From Candidatus Brocadia sp. (GTDB lineage: Bacteria > Planctomycetota > Brocadiia > Brocadiales > Brocadiaceae): a stretch of 32,000 bases of DNA. The translations under genes and the position numbers were made by a program. Positions within the stretch are counted from its first letter, which is position 1. Each line of letters starts with the position of its first letter. Below, in pieces: positions 1 to 8,247 of the stretch. The stretch is from the NCBI GenBank assembly GCA_021650915.1, contig CP091279.1, positions 3,870,001 to 3,902,000 on the forward strand, in the 5' to 3' direction. Below the pieces are notes generated by a model. That model worked only from the letters and a program-made list of their open reading frames with translations. It did not search any database and was not told where the DNA came from.

Positions 1-1778
1 CCGTCATGGGGCTTATTGTGGTAGGTATGGGGCTCCTTGATATTTCTCTCTGGTTCTTTGTGTTCCGCAAATTTACCAGCATTTCGCTGCTTGATATGGC
101 TATGATGCTGCCGTGTTTTGGCATCGGCGCAAGCTCTCAGGCCTTGTTTGCCAGGGTAGGTGGTGGGATATTCACCAAGGCTGCCGATGTAGGAGCTGAT
201 CTGGTGGGTAAAGTGGAGGCAGGCATTCCCGAAGACGATCCAAGAAATCCCGCCACGATTGCCGACAACGTCGGTGACAACGTTGGCGACGTAGCAGGGA
301 TGGGCGCTGACTTGTATGAATCGTACTATAATTCCATGCTGGCCTGCGCGGCGCTGGGGGTAACTGCCGGTCTTGGCATCGCCGGTATGGTGGTGCCGAT
401 GATTCTGGCGGGGCTTGGCATATTCCTCTCCATTATCGGAATTTATGCGGTTAAAACAAAGGAAGAGGCATCCCAAAAAGAACTCCTGAAGGCGCTGGGA
501 AAAGGCATCAACCTCAGCTCTGTCCTGATCTTGATTTCCTCAGCTGTGGTGATCAAGTATATGCTGCCCCAGAATTTTGGCATCTGGGGTTCGATTGTGA
601 CCGGATTGATAGCGGGCGTTATAGTCGGTAAGGGTACCGAATACTATACCTCTTCCAATTATTCGCCGACCAAGGGCATTGCCGGAAATGCAAAGACAGG
701 CCCGGCAACGGTCATTATCGACGGTATTGCCACGGGCATGATGTCTACCATTATCCCCGTTATTACCATTTCTGCGGCGATTTTATTAAGTTATGCCTTT
801 GCAGGCGGTTTTTCAAATATTTCACTTGGTCTTTACGGGATTGCCATTGCAGCAGTGGGTATGCTTTCCACTCTGGGATTAACCTTGGCAACGGATGCTT
901 ACGGGCCTATTGCCGATAATGCCGGTGGTAATGCAGAAATGAGCGGTCTTGAACCCTATGTCAGGGAAAGGACGGATGCACTCGATGCATTAGGAAATAC
1001 CACGGCAGCAACCGGAAAAGGTTTTGCCATCGGTTCTGCTGCGCTCACGGCCATGGCCCTGATCGCCTCCTTTGTTGAACAAATAAAAGTGGGATTGGAA
1101 CGATCGGGGACGACGGTTATTCAGGTTGCCGGAACATCGATTAATTTGGCCAGTGCAAAATTATCTGATCTGATGGGTTACCTGGATGTTACCTTGATTA
1201 ACCCCAAGGTGCTCATCGGTTTATTTATTGGCGGTATGGCGTCGTTTGTATTCAGCGCTATGACGATGAAGGCGGTGGGGCGTGCCGCAGGAAGTATGGT
1301 GGAAGAGGTGCGAAGGCAATTTAGAGAAATCGCGGGGATCATGGAAGGAACCGGCAAACCAGACTATGCAGCCTGTGTGGCGATCAGCACCAAAGGAGCG
1401 CAGCGTGAGATGTTTGTGCCTGCCCTTCTCGCCTTACTGGTACCAATTGTTACCGGCTTGATTTTAGGTGTCCCCGGAGTTGTAGGCCTTTTAGCGGGAA
1501 GCTTAACGGTAGGGTTCCTGCTGGCAGTCTTTATGGCCAATGCAGGCGGCGCCTGGGATAACGCGAAAAAGTATATTGAAAGCGGCATCCTGGGCGGAAA
1601 GGGTTCGCCGGCGCATAAGGCTGCAGTCGTTGGCGATACGGTGGGAGACCCCTTCAAAGACACATCAGGTCCGTCTTTGAATATCCTGCTGAAACTCATG
1701 TCAATTGTGTCGGTTGTCTTTGCGGGCATTATCATCAAATTTTCACCCAAAATAGGCGCCCTTTTGCACCTTCACTAG
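1..1778 (+). CDS. hppA: Membrane-bound ion-translocating pyrophosphatase, 5' end cut by window edge
   Basis: ORF 6..1778 is open to the window start. Multi-TM protein with V-PPase motifs GDNVGDVAGMGADL, DAYGPIADNAGG and GDTVGDPFKDTSGPSLNIL. Confidence 0.93.
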   Translation, partial: VMGLIVVGMGLLDISLWFFVFRKFTSISLLDMAMMLPCFGIGASSQALFARVGGGIFTKAADVGADLVGKVEAGIPEDDPRNPATIADNVGDNVGDVAGMGADLYESYYNSMLACAALGVTAGLGIAGMVVPMILAGLGIFLSIIGIYAVKTKEEASQKELLKALGKGINLSSVLILISSAVVIKYMLPQNFGIWGSIVTGLIAGVIVGKGTEYYTSSNYSPTKGIAGNAKTGPATVIIDGIATGMMSTIIPVITISAAILLSYAFAGGFSNISLGLYGIAIAAVGMLSTLGLTLATDAYGPIADNAGGNAEMSGLEPYVRERTDALDALGNTTAATGKGFAIGSAALTAMALIASFVEQIKVGLERSGTTVIQVAGTSINLASAKLSDLMGYLDVTLINPKVLIGLFIGGMASFVFSAMTMKAVGRAAGSMVEEVRRQFREIAGIMEGTGKPDYAACVAISTKGAQREMFVPALLALLVPIVTGLILGVPGVVGLLAGSLTVGFLLAVFMANAGGAWDNAKKYIESGILGGKGSPAHKAAVVGDTVGDPFKDTSGPSLNILLKLMSIVSVVFAGIIIKFSPKIGALLHLH

Positions 1779-1812
1779 AAAGGCTAACCATCGGAAATAC
1801 TGTGAAATGGGT

Positions 1813-1836
1813 AGGGGCGAACATCTGTTCGCCCCT
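1813..1836. repeat. REP-like perfect hairpin: stem AGGGGCGAAC/GTTCGCCCCT, loop ATCT
   Basis: Read directly, 35 nt after the hppA stop. No T-tract follows, so terminator function is uncertain. Related GGGCGAA...TTCGCCCCTAC arms occur inside the MITE at 15575-15724. Confidence 0.5.
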
Positions 1837-1888
1837 GCCGGATGCTGTGGTCAATGTCTGAAAATACCCTTATCAATGGGAGGTAGTT

Positions 1889-2146
1889 ATGTCCGATCAG
1901 ATTCTTACAGAAAGGGATGACAGGGTATGCCCAAATACGAATTGTCAATATGACAATCATGTAAAAGGCGCAAATTTCTGCATCCTGTGCGGCACGCTTT
2001 TGTATCACAGGTGTGAAAATTGTCTTGATGTGAATCCGCGGTACGCAAGATTTTGTTATTATTGCGGAAGCAGTTTGTCAGAAATAAAACCCTCAGTACA
2101 ATATGAGGCAGATTTTGGTGAAAGTTTTGGTAAAAAACCGCGATAG
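1889..2146 (+). CDS. Small double zinc-ribbon protein (85 aa)
   Basis: Four Cys pairs: CPNTNC, CILCG, CENC, CYYCG. GGGAGG lies 6 nt upstream of the ATG. The 3' end overlaps the rsfS reading frame. Confidence 0.55.
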   Translation: MSDQILTERDDRVCPNTNCQYDNHVKGANFCILCGTLLYHRCENCLDVNPRYARFCYYCGSSLSEIKPSVQYEADFGESFGKKPR

Positions 2147-2519
2147 ACGCTTAGGTGGGAGAGAGACAATAGAATCAACAGAAATTGCGATTCTCTGCGC
2201 ACAAATTGCCGATGACAAAAAGGCGGAGGATATTCTGGTATTTGACGTGCGGGGTTTAACCGTTATTACCGATTTCTTTGTTCTGTGCAGTGGTATTAAC
2301 AAACGGCAATTGCAGGGTATCGCAAGAGAGATAGAATTAAAGCTGCATAGTTATGGTATCCATGGGGTTGGCATGGAAGGATATCAGGATGCCCGATGGA
2401 TACTCATGGACTATGGGGATGTCATCATGCATCTCTTTGATAAAGAAACACGTCACTTTTATGACCTGGAACTCTTGTGGGGAGATGCACCCAAGTTGTC
2501 ATGGAAGGCCAATACTTAA
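2103..2519 (+). CDS. rsfS: Ribosomal silencing factor RsfS (iojap family)
   Basis: DILVFDVRGLTVITDFFVLCSG...WILMDYGDVIMHLF...YDLELLWGDAP is typical RsfS. The true start may be an internal TTG/GTG (2115-2127), because the first ~15 codons overlap the upstream ORF. Confidence 0.85.
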   Translation: MRQILVKVLVKNRDRRLGGRETIESTEIAILCAQIADDKKAEDILVFDVRGLTVITDFFVLCSGINKRQLQGIAREIELKLHSYGIHGVGMEGYQDARWILMDYGDVIMHLFDKETRHFYDLELLWGDAPKLSWKANT

Positions 2520-2770
2520 AATGACGAGTATTTGGAATAGGTATTCTTTTGCGTCCGGGAAGGAGTTGCCAGGCCTGAAATGCCTAACTTTTGCGCCCTT
2601 TTAATATTCTTAATTCTCCGGCTTTCCTCACGACGTTTCCTTTCAGAAGGTTTTTCGAAATAAGCAATACGTTTTGATTGATTAATGATGCCTTCTTTAT
2701 CACACATCTTTTTAAATCTTCGTAGCGCTTCGCGTATATTTTCGTCTGACGTTATTTGTATTTTTGCCAT
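2516..2770 (-). CDS. rpsU: 30S ribosomal protein S21
   Basis: MAKIQITSDENIREALRRFKKMCDKEGI...KPSERKRRE matches the S21 pattern. I chose the MAKIQ start (2770) over the upstream ATG at 2785. Confidence 0.85.
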   Translation of the reverse strand: MAKIQITSDENIREALRRFKKMCDKEGIINQSKRIAYFEKPSERKRREESRRIKNIKRAQKLGISGLATPSRTQKNTYSKYSSF

Positions 2771-2906
2771 AAATAAACCATGCATCCTTTCTAAAAAGTG
2801 ATAATAATAATTTTATTCATTCAATACGAAGTTTATCATTTTAATTTATCTCATATTCCACGTCAAGGAAAAACTCCGGTTTTAACAACGCCTGGCTTCT
2901 ATCTCT

Positions 2907-3929
2907 GTGCCCGTAAAAAAAGCTATTACTAAGCTGGTAAATAACCAGCACCTGACTGTAGAAGAAAGTCTGGCAGCGATGACGCATGTCATGGAAGGGA
3001 ATGCCACCGATGCACAGATCGCCTCTTTTATCACCGCCCTGCGTATGAAGGGAGAGACGGTTGATGAAATTACCGGATGCACCCTTGCCATGAGAAAAAG
3101 GGCAGTGAAACTCGTGGCAGGAACTGATATCGTTGTTGACACGTGCGGAACGGGAGGGGACGCCAGAAATACCTTTAACATCTCCACTGCCGCGGCTTTT
3201 GTTGTTGCAGGCGCTGGATTGAAGGTTGCTAAGCACGGTAATAGGGCATTTTCCAGCCAATGCGGAAGCGCCGACGTCCTGATGCGATTGGGAGTCAATA
3301 TTGAGGCCAATGTAAAAACGGTGGAAAAATGTCTTGCTGTTGCTAATATCGGGTTCCTTTTTGCGCCGCTTTTACATCAGGCAATGAAATACGTTGTTGG
3401 CCCCAGAAAAGAGATTGGCATTCGTACGATATTTAATATCATTGGTCCTTTGGCAAATCCTGCCGGGGCTACGCATCGTGTGCTGGGTGTGTATAGTGAG
3501 CAGATGACCCTTATTATGGCAGAGGCGTTGAAAATGCTGGGTGATAAACACGCATTTGTTGTGCATGGATTAGATGGTTTGGATGAAATAACGACAACGA
3601 CCCGAACGAAGGTTTGCGAGCTTGCCGGGCATACGATAAAAAGCTATTATCTGAATCCGGAAGAATTTGGCATAAAAAAGTCAAAACTTTCTGACCTGAC
3701 CGTCCATACTGCCGAGGAAAGCGCCGCGGCAATCAGAGGAATACTGGAAGGCGTTCACAGCCCCAAGCGGGACGTCGTGCTCGTAAATGCAGCCGCGGCA
3801 ATCATTGCCGGAGGATTGACGGGTAATTTTGCAGAGGGCATAGAAATCGCTTCACGATCTATCGACACGGGCAGTGCAAAGGAGACGCTCAAAAAGCTTA
3901 TGGAAACCAGCTGGCAATCGTCACAATGA
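2907..3929 (+). CDS. trpD: Anthranilate phosphoribosyltransferase
   Basis: GTG start. Motifs DTCGTGGD, KHGNRA, GPLANPA and the glycosyltransferase family 3 layout. Confidence 0.92.
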   Translation: MPVKKAITKLVNNQHLTVEESLAAMTHVMEGNATDAQIASFITALRMKGETVDEITGCTLAMRKRAVKLVAGTDIVVDTCGTGGDARNTFNISTAAAFVVAGAGLKVAKHGNRAFSSQCGSADVLMRLGVNIEANVKTVEKCLAVANIGFLFAPLLHQAMKYVVGPRKEIGIRTIFNIIGPLANPAGATHRVLGVYSEQMTLIMAEALKMLGDKHAFVVHGLDGLDEITTTTRTKVCELAGHTIKSYYLNPEEFGIKKSKLSDLTVHTAEESAAAIRGILEGVHSPKRDVVLVNAAAAIIAGGLTGNFAEGIEIASRSIDTGSAKETLKKLMETSWQSSQ

Positions 3930-3955
3930 GGAATAGTTGCAATTTAACCTTTATT

Positions 3956-4663
3956 GTAACACTTTAGTTCTTTGAAAAATTAACAAGCGATTTTGCAAGC
4001 AAACCCAGAAGGCGTTTTCACCATAAGGGCATTTTTTGCGCTAGCCAGAAGATTTTCCACTGGATTGATTCTTTGTAATTCAGCAGAACGAAGCAGAGAC
4101 ATAAGGATGGCCTGTGTCTTAGCGCCATCCTCAGAGCGGTTCTGCTGTGAGACCTTTCTGGTCAATACTGGCTTTCGCATCTGTTGCTCAGCATGGTTGT
4201 TATAGGGACTGACACCCTCATGTTCCAGGAACGTGAAGAGTTCCTGTTTATGGCGGTTCAGGCGTTTGATCAATCTTTGTGCGTCTTTATCCTGGCAGGG
4301 TGTTGCCAAAAACTGTTCAAGCCTGCAATACAGTCTATTTTTGAGCCTGAGAAAGCATACCGGGTTTATCTGGTGCTTTTTCTCGGATAGCCGGATGGCA
4401 TCCCTGAGTAATCGGGAGAGTTTTCTCCTGAAACTTTTCCATGAGACAGAATGGTTGTAGGTGTCTACTTTCACGAGTTCCGTAAAGAGATGATAGAAAC
4501 ACCGCTGCTTTGCCAGTGCGCTTGTCTTGTTATAAGCGCCCCAGAAGTCGCAGATCAGGATGCCCTTGAAGAGTCTGCCTAAGAACCTTTTTATGACAGG
4601 CGACCCCCGATTCCGTGTTATAAGGTAGTAGCAGAGGGTTTTGGTGGTAAAACACCATAACCA
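3956..4663 (-). mobile_element. IS66-family (single-ORF type) element, 3' ~700 bp only
   Basis: Terminal repeat GTAACACTTTAGTTCTTTGAAAAATTA at 3956. The transposase frame is open from 4663 down to the stop at 3980 (GILICDFWGAYNK...NNHAEQQMRKPVLTRKVS). 4105-4663 is colinear with 22681-23258. Homology stops abruptly at 4663/4664. Confidence 0.8.
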
Positions 4664-4829
4664 ATGGGGGGGACCTTGGTGTCACCCATTAGAAGGCTTT
4701 TGTCAAGCGAAAAAAAATTCTCCGTAGCAAAAAATCGTAGATTTTTTACCTTATCAAATGAAAAAAATTTACCTTATCCAACAAGCATTCATCCCATTGA
4801 CCGCACCCGTATTTTCTCTTGTTTTTTAG
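4664..4829 (-). repeat. Repeat P, copy 1 (paralog of 20462-20677)
   Basis: The reverse complement starts CTAAAAAACAAGAGAAAATACGGGTGCGGTCAATGGGATGAATGCTT, almost identical to 20462-20508. Similarity then weakens but stays colinear to ...AAAAAATCTA.GATT.TTTGC. Confidence 0.6.
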
Positions 4830-5483
4830 TTACGGATTACAAAAAATCCGCACCAGTCACCCATCCGGATCTAGGCTCGTGCTGAACAAATCCAGCACAC
4901 ATTCAGGAATTATTCCCCATGTACATGAGGACATGCTTATATGATGAATTCCTTTGCCCCTGGCAAGTTTCTGCCCCAGAAAATCATTGGTACTATGCTG
5001 TGTCCAATTGATTGTCACAAACCTGTGGCTCTCTGGCCAACCCCTTGTGGCTCGCAGCATAGGCGGACTTTGAAGATGATGCCTTCAGCCCCTGTTTTAT
5101 GAATGGAACAGCTTCCCAATCAAACCTCATGGATTGATTACCAACCCCACTACCGGTTCACTGTCCCATTCTTTCATTCCTTTACATACCTCTGCTTCCC
5201 TGCTCTTTCATCTCTGTGATCTGGCCCTCCTCTCTTGCACTTGTTCCTTTGCCTTTGCTCCTCACATGACTTCCTCTTTAAACATATCTTTTTTCGGGTG
5301 TTGAATAATCCATGAATGGCTTTTTCCAAGGCAATCTCCTGCCACCCCTCGTACCGATTATTGGCAAAAGTATCCGGGATTCCCTTTCCCTTACTCCTTT
5401 CTCTGGTGAGTGGAACAGTTTCCATTCGGTTTGGGTTTATAAACCACTTTGTATCTCTTTGGTTCCCTGCTCCACTCACAGTT
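4830..5483 (-). ncRNA. 654-nt coding-free right arm of the IS110 element; candidate structured or guide RNA region
   Basis: No convincing ORF. A 13-bp stem (5406-5418 with 5467-5479) and an 11-bp stem (5101-5111 with 5161-5171) each contain a G.U pair that is valid only in the transposase-sense transcript. Palindrome GGTTTATAAACC at 5434-5445. Confidence 0.35.
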
Positions 5484-6500
5484 CTATTGAAATAATTTCT
5501 TCGGATCAAATGGCGTTTGGTCTTTTATGATAAAGTAGCACGCCCTGGCTACCTTGTTACTCAATGCCTTAATCGCCACGATCTTGTTCGTCTTCGCTGC
5601 CTTGCGTTGATGCCAACTCCTGGCAGGTTCGCTATACCTCCGCATAAAATTTGCCGCTTCCACATATGCCCATGCCAAATACTTATTCCCGTTCTTCTTA
5701 TTCCCCTCTCCTTTCTTCTTCCCGTTTGATATCTTTTGGGACGATACACACCGGCAGTATGAGGAATAATCTGATACCGTGGGAAATCGGTTAATATCTC
5801 CGGTCTCAAGCATGATCGTTATCCCTAATATCTTGCCTATCCCCGGCACGGTGAGCAGTTCTTCATACGGATATCGTAATTTTACCTCTTTCAGTACGGC
5901 CTTTTCTATCCGGTCTATCTGTTCATGGAAAAAGTCTATGACTGCCTTGTCGCTCTGCACGGCCATTTTGTGGTGTTCGTCCGTTAACTGCTCGCTTATC
6001 TTTTCTTCGCTCAGTCTCTTCGCATCGTTGACGTTCACCTTTCTTCCGGTATTGCGATTCACCATGTTTTGCAGGCTTAATAGGTGCGCCGTTCTGTGCC
6101 GTACCAACATGGTTCGCTTTCTTAACAAATCCCGTATCGGCCTTATCTCTTTCGGATAAATGTACCCTTCCGGTAACATGCCCAAACGAAGTAAATGCGC
6201 CAGCCAATAGGAATCCCAGGTATCATCCGTGTACTTCATTCCACTATACTGCTGCATCTCTGCAGGATTTGCCAGGTGCACCTTGTATTTCGCCGCCTGC
6301 AGTCCGTCCACCAGCCAATACCAGTTGTACGTCGACTCTACCACGATCCCTTCTATCTCTTTCTGAAACGGCTTTAATTCCTTTAATATTAAGCCAAGAT
6401 CATTGGGGAGCTTCTTCCCAAATATCCGACTATCGTTCTTATCTATCACCCCCACGTAACTATTATCCGAATGCAAATCTATTCCCACAAAATATCTCAT
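5484..6500 (-). CDS. IS110-family DEDD transposase/recombinase (338 aa)
   Basis: N-terminal MRYFVGIDLHSDNSYVGV (RuvC-like DEDD start) and a C-terminal Transposase_20-like region (LLTVPGIGKILGITIMLETGDINRF...SG...GNKYLAWAYVEAA). AGGAGG lies upstream of the ATG. Confidence 0.9.
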   Translation of the reverse strand: MRYFVGIDLHSDNSYVGVIDKNDSRIFGKKLPNDLGLILKELKPFQKEIEGIVVESTYNWYWLVDGLQAAKYKVHLANPAEMQQYSGMKYTDDTWDSYWLAHLLRLGMLPEGYIYPKEIRPIRDLLRKRTMLVRHRTAHLLSLQNMVNRNTGRKVNVNDAKRLSEEKISEQLTDEHHKMAVQSDKAVIDFFHEQIDRIEKAVLKEVKLRYPYEELLTVPGIGKILGITIMLETGDINRFPTVSDYSSYCRCVSSQKISNGKKKGEGNKKNGNKYLAWAYVEAANFMRRYSEPARSWHQRKAAKTNKIVAIKALSNKVARACYFIIKDQTPFDPKKLFQ

Positions 6501-6643
6501 ATCTGCTCCTCCTTCTTTCTTACTGTTTTCATGGTTTATTTCACGATGCCTCTATGATACATTTTCGCATCGCTTTGTGAAGGAGCCTTCTATATGATTA
6601 TCAAACCTTGATTTGTGATTTTGATTTGTGATTATTAATGGAC
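6501..6643 (-). promoter_or_regulatory. 143-nt left arm of the IS110 element with a tandem 13-nt repeat
   Basis: Sense AATCACAAATCAA x2 (plus strand 6608-6633), small stems GAAGG/CCTTC and CGATGC/GCATCG, then the RBS. The LE start carries AATAAT, positioned to act as a -10 if joined to the RE end. Confidence 0.35.
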
Positions 6644-6650
6644 AGCCAGG

Positions 6651-7059
6651 ATAGGGGTAGGGAAGGTTTTCGCCTCCCCTTCCTCCGAACCGTACAGGCG
6701 GATCTCCCGCATACGGCTCTCCAGTCAGTGGTTACCCCTTCGGGATTGACAGACTAATGCATGGGCTGTGGTTAATGTGAACAACCCAAGATTAGCAAAG
6801 TACGCATTTGGCCATCTCTGATGGTCTGCACCTCGGCCTCTTCCTTTCCCTCCCCGACGCTTTCTCAGGATGCTCCTCAGTCTCATTCGTATCCAACTGT
6901 CTACTCTTGGAAATGTCGTTTTGTGGCTGTGTTTAAAGTATTCATACCAGTCCCTGAGACTTTTGTTGAGTTCTCCTGTTATACATTTCATGCTCTCTCC
7001 TGAGGTTCGTCTCGTCTTGTGGCGGATTGCTTCTTTGGGAAAAGCCAAGGGTCACATCT
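6651..7059 (-). mobile_element. 5'-truncated group II intron remnant (second intron type): maturase C-terminus plus domains V and VI
   Basis: ORF 6725..7048 ends ...LNKSLRDWYEYFKHS...VDSWIRMRLRSILRKR...NLGLFTL (X/maturase domain). Domain V lies downstream, followed by a hairpin ending ...CCCTACCCCTAT at 6651. Confidence 0.8.
6687..6719 (-). ncRNA. Group II intron domain V
   Basis: Sense sequence GAGCCGTATGCGGGAGATCCGCCTGTACGGTTC matches the canonical DV, with the AGC triad and paired arms. Confidence 0.85.
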
Positions 7060-7061
7060 TA

Positions 7062-8154
7062 TAGATTGTTGCATTAATTAAGTTAATAATTAGTTTCATT
7101 GCTAGATAAAATGTTGTAAAATAGGAGCATGAAAGATGACGGAAGGAAGCTGTCAAGGGAGGTATTGGAGTCTTATCGAATCCGGGCGATCACGCTCAGG
7201 GATAAGATGCATTATTCCGTTAAAGAAATAGGCGAGATATTTGGCATTAAGTATGAAAGTGTCTCAAGGTGGTTCTCTCAATACCGTCGTGGTGGTATAG
7301 AGGCGCTTAAGGAACGCAAAGCAAAGGGCAAGGCGCGAATTGTAAATGCGGATGATTTAAGATGGTTGCAAAGTGTTTTGCAGAATGTCGCGACAAAATA
7401 TGGTTTTTCGACTCCGCTGTGGACCGGAACATATGTTAGAATTCTTTTCCGGCGAGAACGAAAAGTGAATTTGGATCGCAGCACAATATGGCGATATCTG
7501 GTTCGGTTGGGTTTGAGTTTTCAAAAGCCGGAAAAACGTTATTCACAGCAAGACATGGATTTGGTAAAGACATGGATTAGCAAGGAGTGGCCTGAAATTC
7601 AGAAGTGGGCTCAGAAAAACCGGGCTATTATCTATTTTGAGGATGAGTCGGGCGTTTCCCTTGCGCCTGTTATTGGAAAAACATGGGCTCCGATAGGAGA
7701 AACCCCCGTTGTGCGTGTGACCGGGAAACGGGCGGCGTTTTGGCCATGTCGGCGATTTCGCCATCTGGCAGGATGTGTTTCCGTCTGGAGAAACGAAAAG
7801 TTAACGCCCAGGTTCTTATGGAATTTCTGAATCAAATTAGCGTGCAACATCCGCGGCGTAAGGTGGCGGTGATCATGGACCAAGCGCCTTGCCATGTTGC
7901 CAAAAGAATTAAAGCATTGAATGAGGGGTCATCGAAGCTACGCGTATTCCATCTGCCGCCGTATTCACCGGATCTGAATCCGGATGAAAAAGTTTGGCGG
8001 CATATGAAGCATGTCACGCTAAAGAATCACCAGGCACAGGACAAAAAACAACTTGGACGTTTAGTCATTGGAGCGCTTAGAAAAATACAGAAGAACCCTG
8101 AATTGACCAAGAAATTCTTTGAGAATTATTTAACATAGTCAATGCAACGAACTA
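7062..8154 (+). mobile_element. IS630-family element A (1093 bp)
   Basis: Inverted repeats TAGATTGTTGCATTAATTAAG (7062) and reverse complement TAGTTCGTTGCATTGACTATG (8154). TA on both sides (7060-61 and 8155-56), the IS630/Tc1 target duplication. Confidence 0.85.
7129..8138 (+). pseudogene. IS630-family transposase split over two frames (7129..7830 and 7683..8138)
   Basis: HTH N-terminus, DE...D (IYFEDESG, IMDQAPCH) and PPYSPDLNPDEKVW. A -1 frame change is needed near 7720-7740. No convincing slippery site is in register, so a mutation is as likely as recoding. Confidence 0.75.
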
Positions 8155-8247
8155 TAAATGATAAGCAATTGTAGCCTGGTAGGTTGGGTTGAATGAAATG
8201 AAACCAACGGATTTTTCAATAGTCGGGTAGCGTAGGCATCGCCTACC

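Larger units (their letters stand above)
4830..6643 (-). mobile_element. IS110-family element, proposed boundaries (1814 bp)
   Basis: Boundaries are inferred from comparison with the uninterrupted repeat P copy at 20447-20475. A CT dinucleotide sits at both junctions (6644-6645 and 4828-4829). There are no terminal inverted repeats, as expected for IS110. Confidence 0.55.

Noticed and set aside
1364-1750. 128-aa ORF antisense to hppA
   Set aside because: Shadow of a strongly supported membrane pyrophosphatase frame.
5174-5509. 111-aa ORF overlapping the IS110 transposase 3' end; considered as a decayed Y1/RAYT or passenger gene
   Set aside because: Lys/Arg/Glu low-complexity tail with no HUH or Tyr motifs, and it overlaps the transposase stop. 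More consistent with non-coding purine-rich RNA. blastx would settle it.
6608-6633. Tandem TTGATTTGTGATT x2, checked as a possible CRISPR or minisatellite
   Set aside because: Only two adjacent copies with no spacers. Interpreted as a subterminal repeat of the IS110 left arm.
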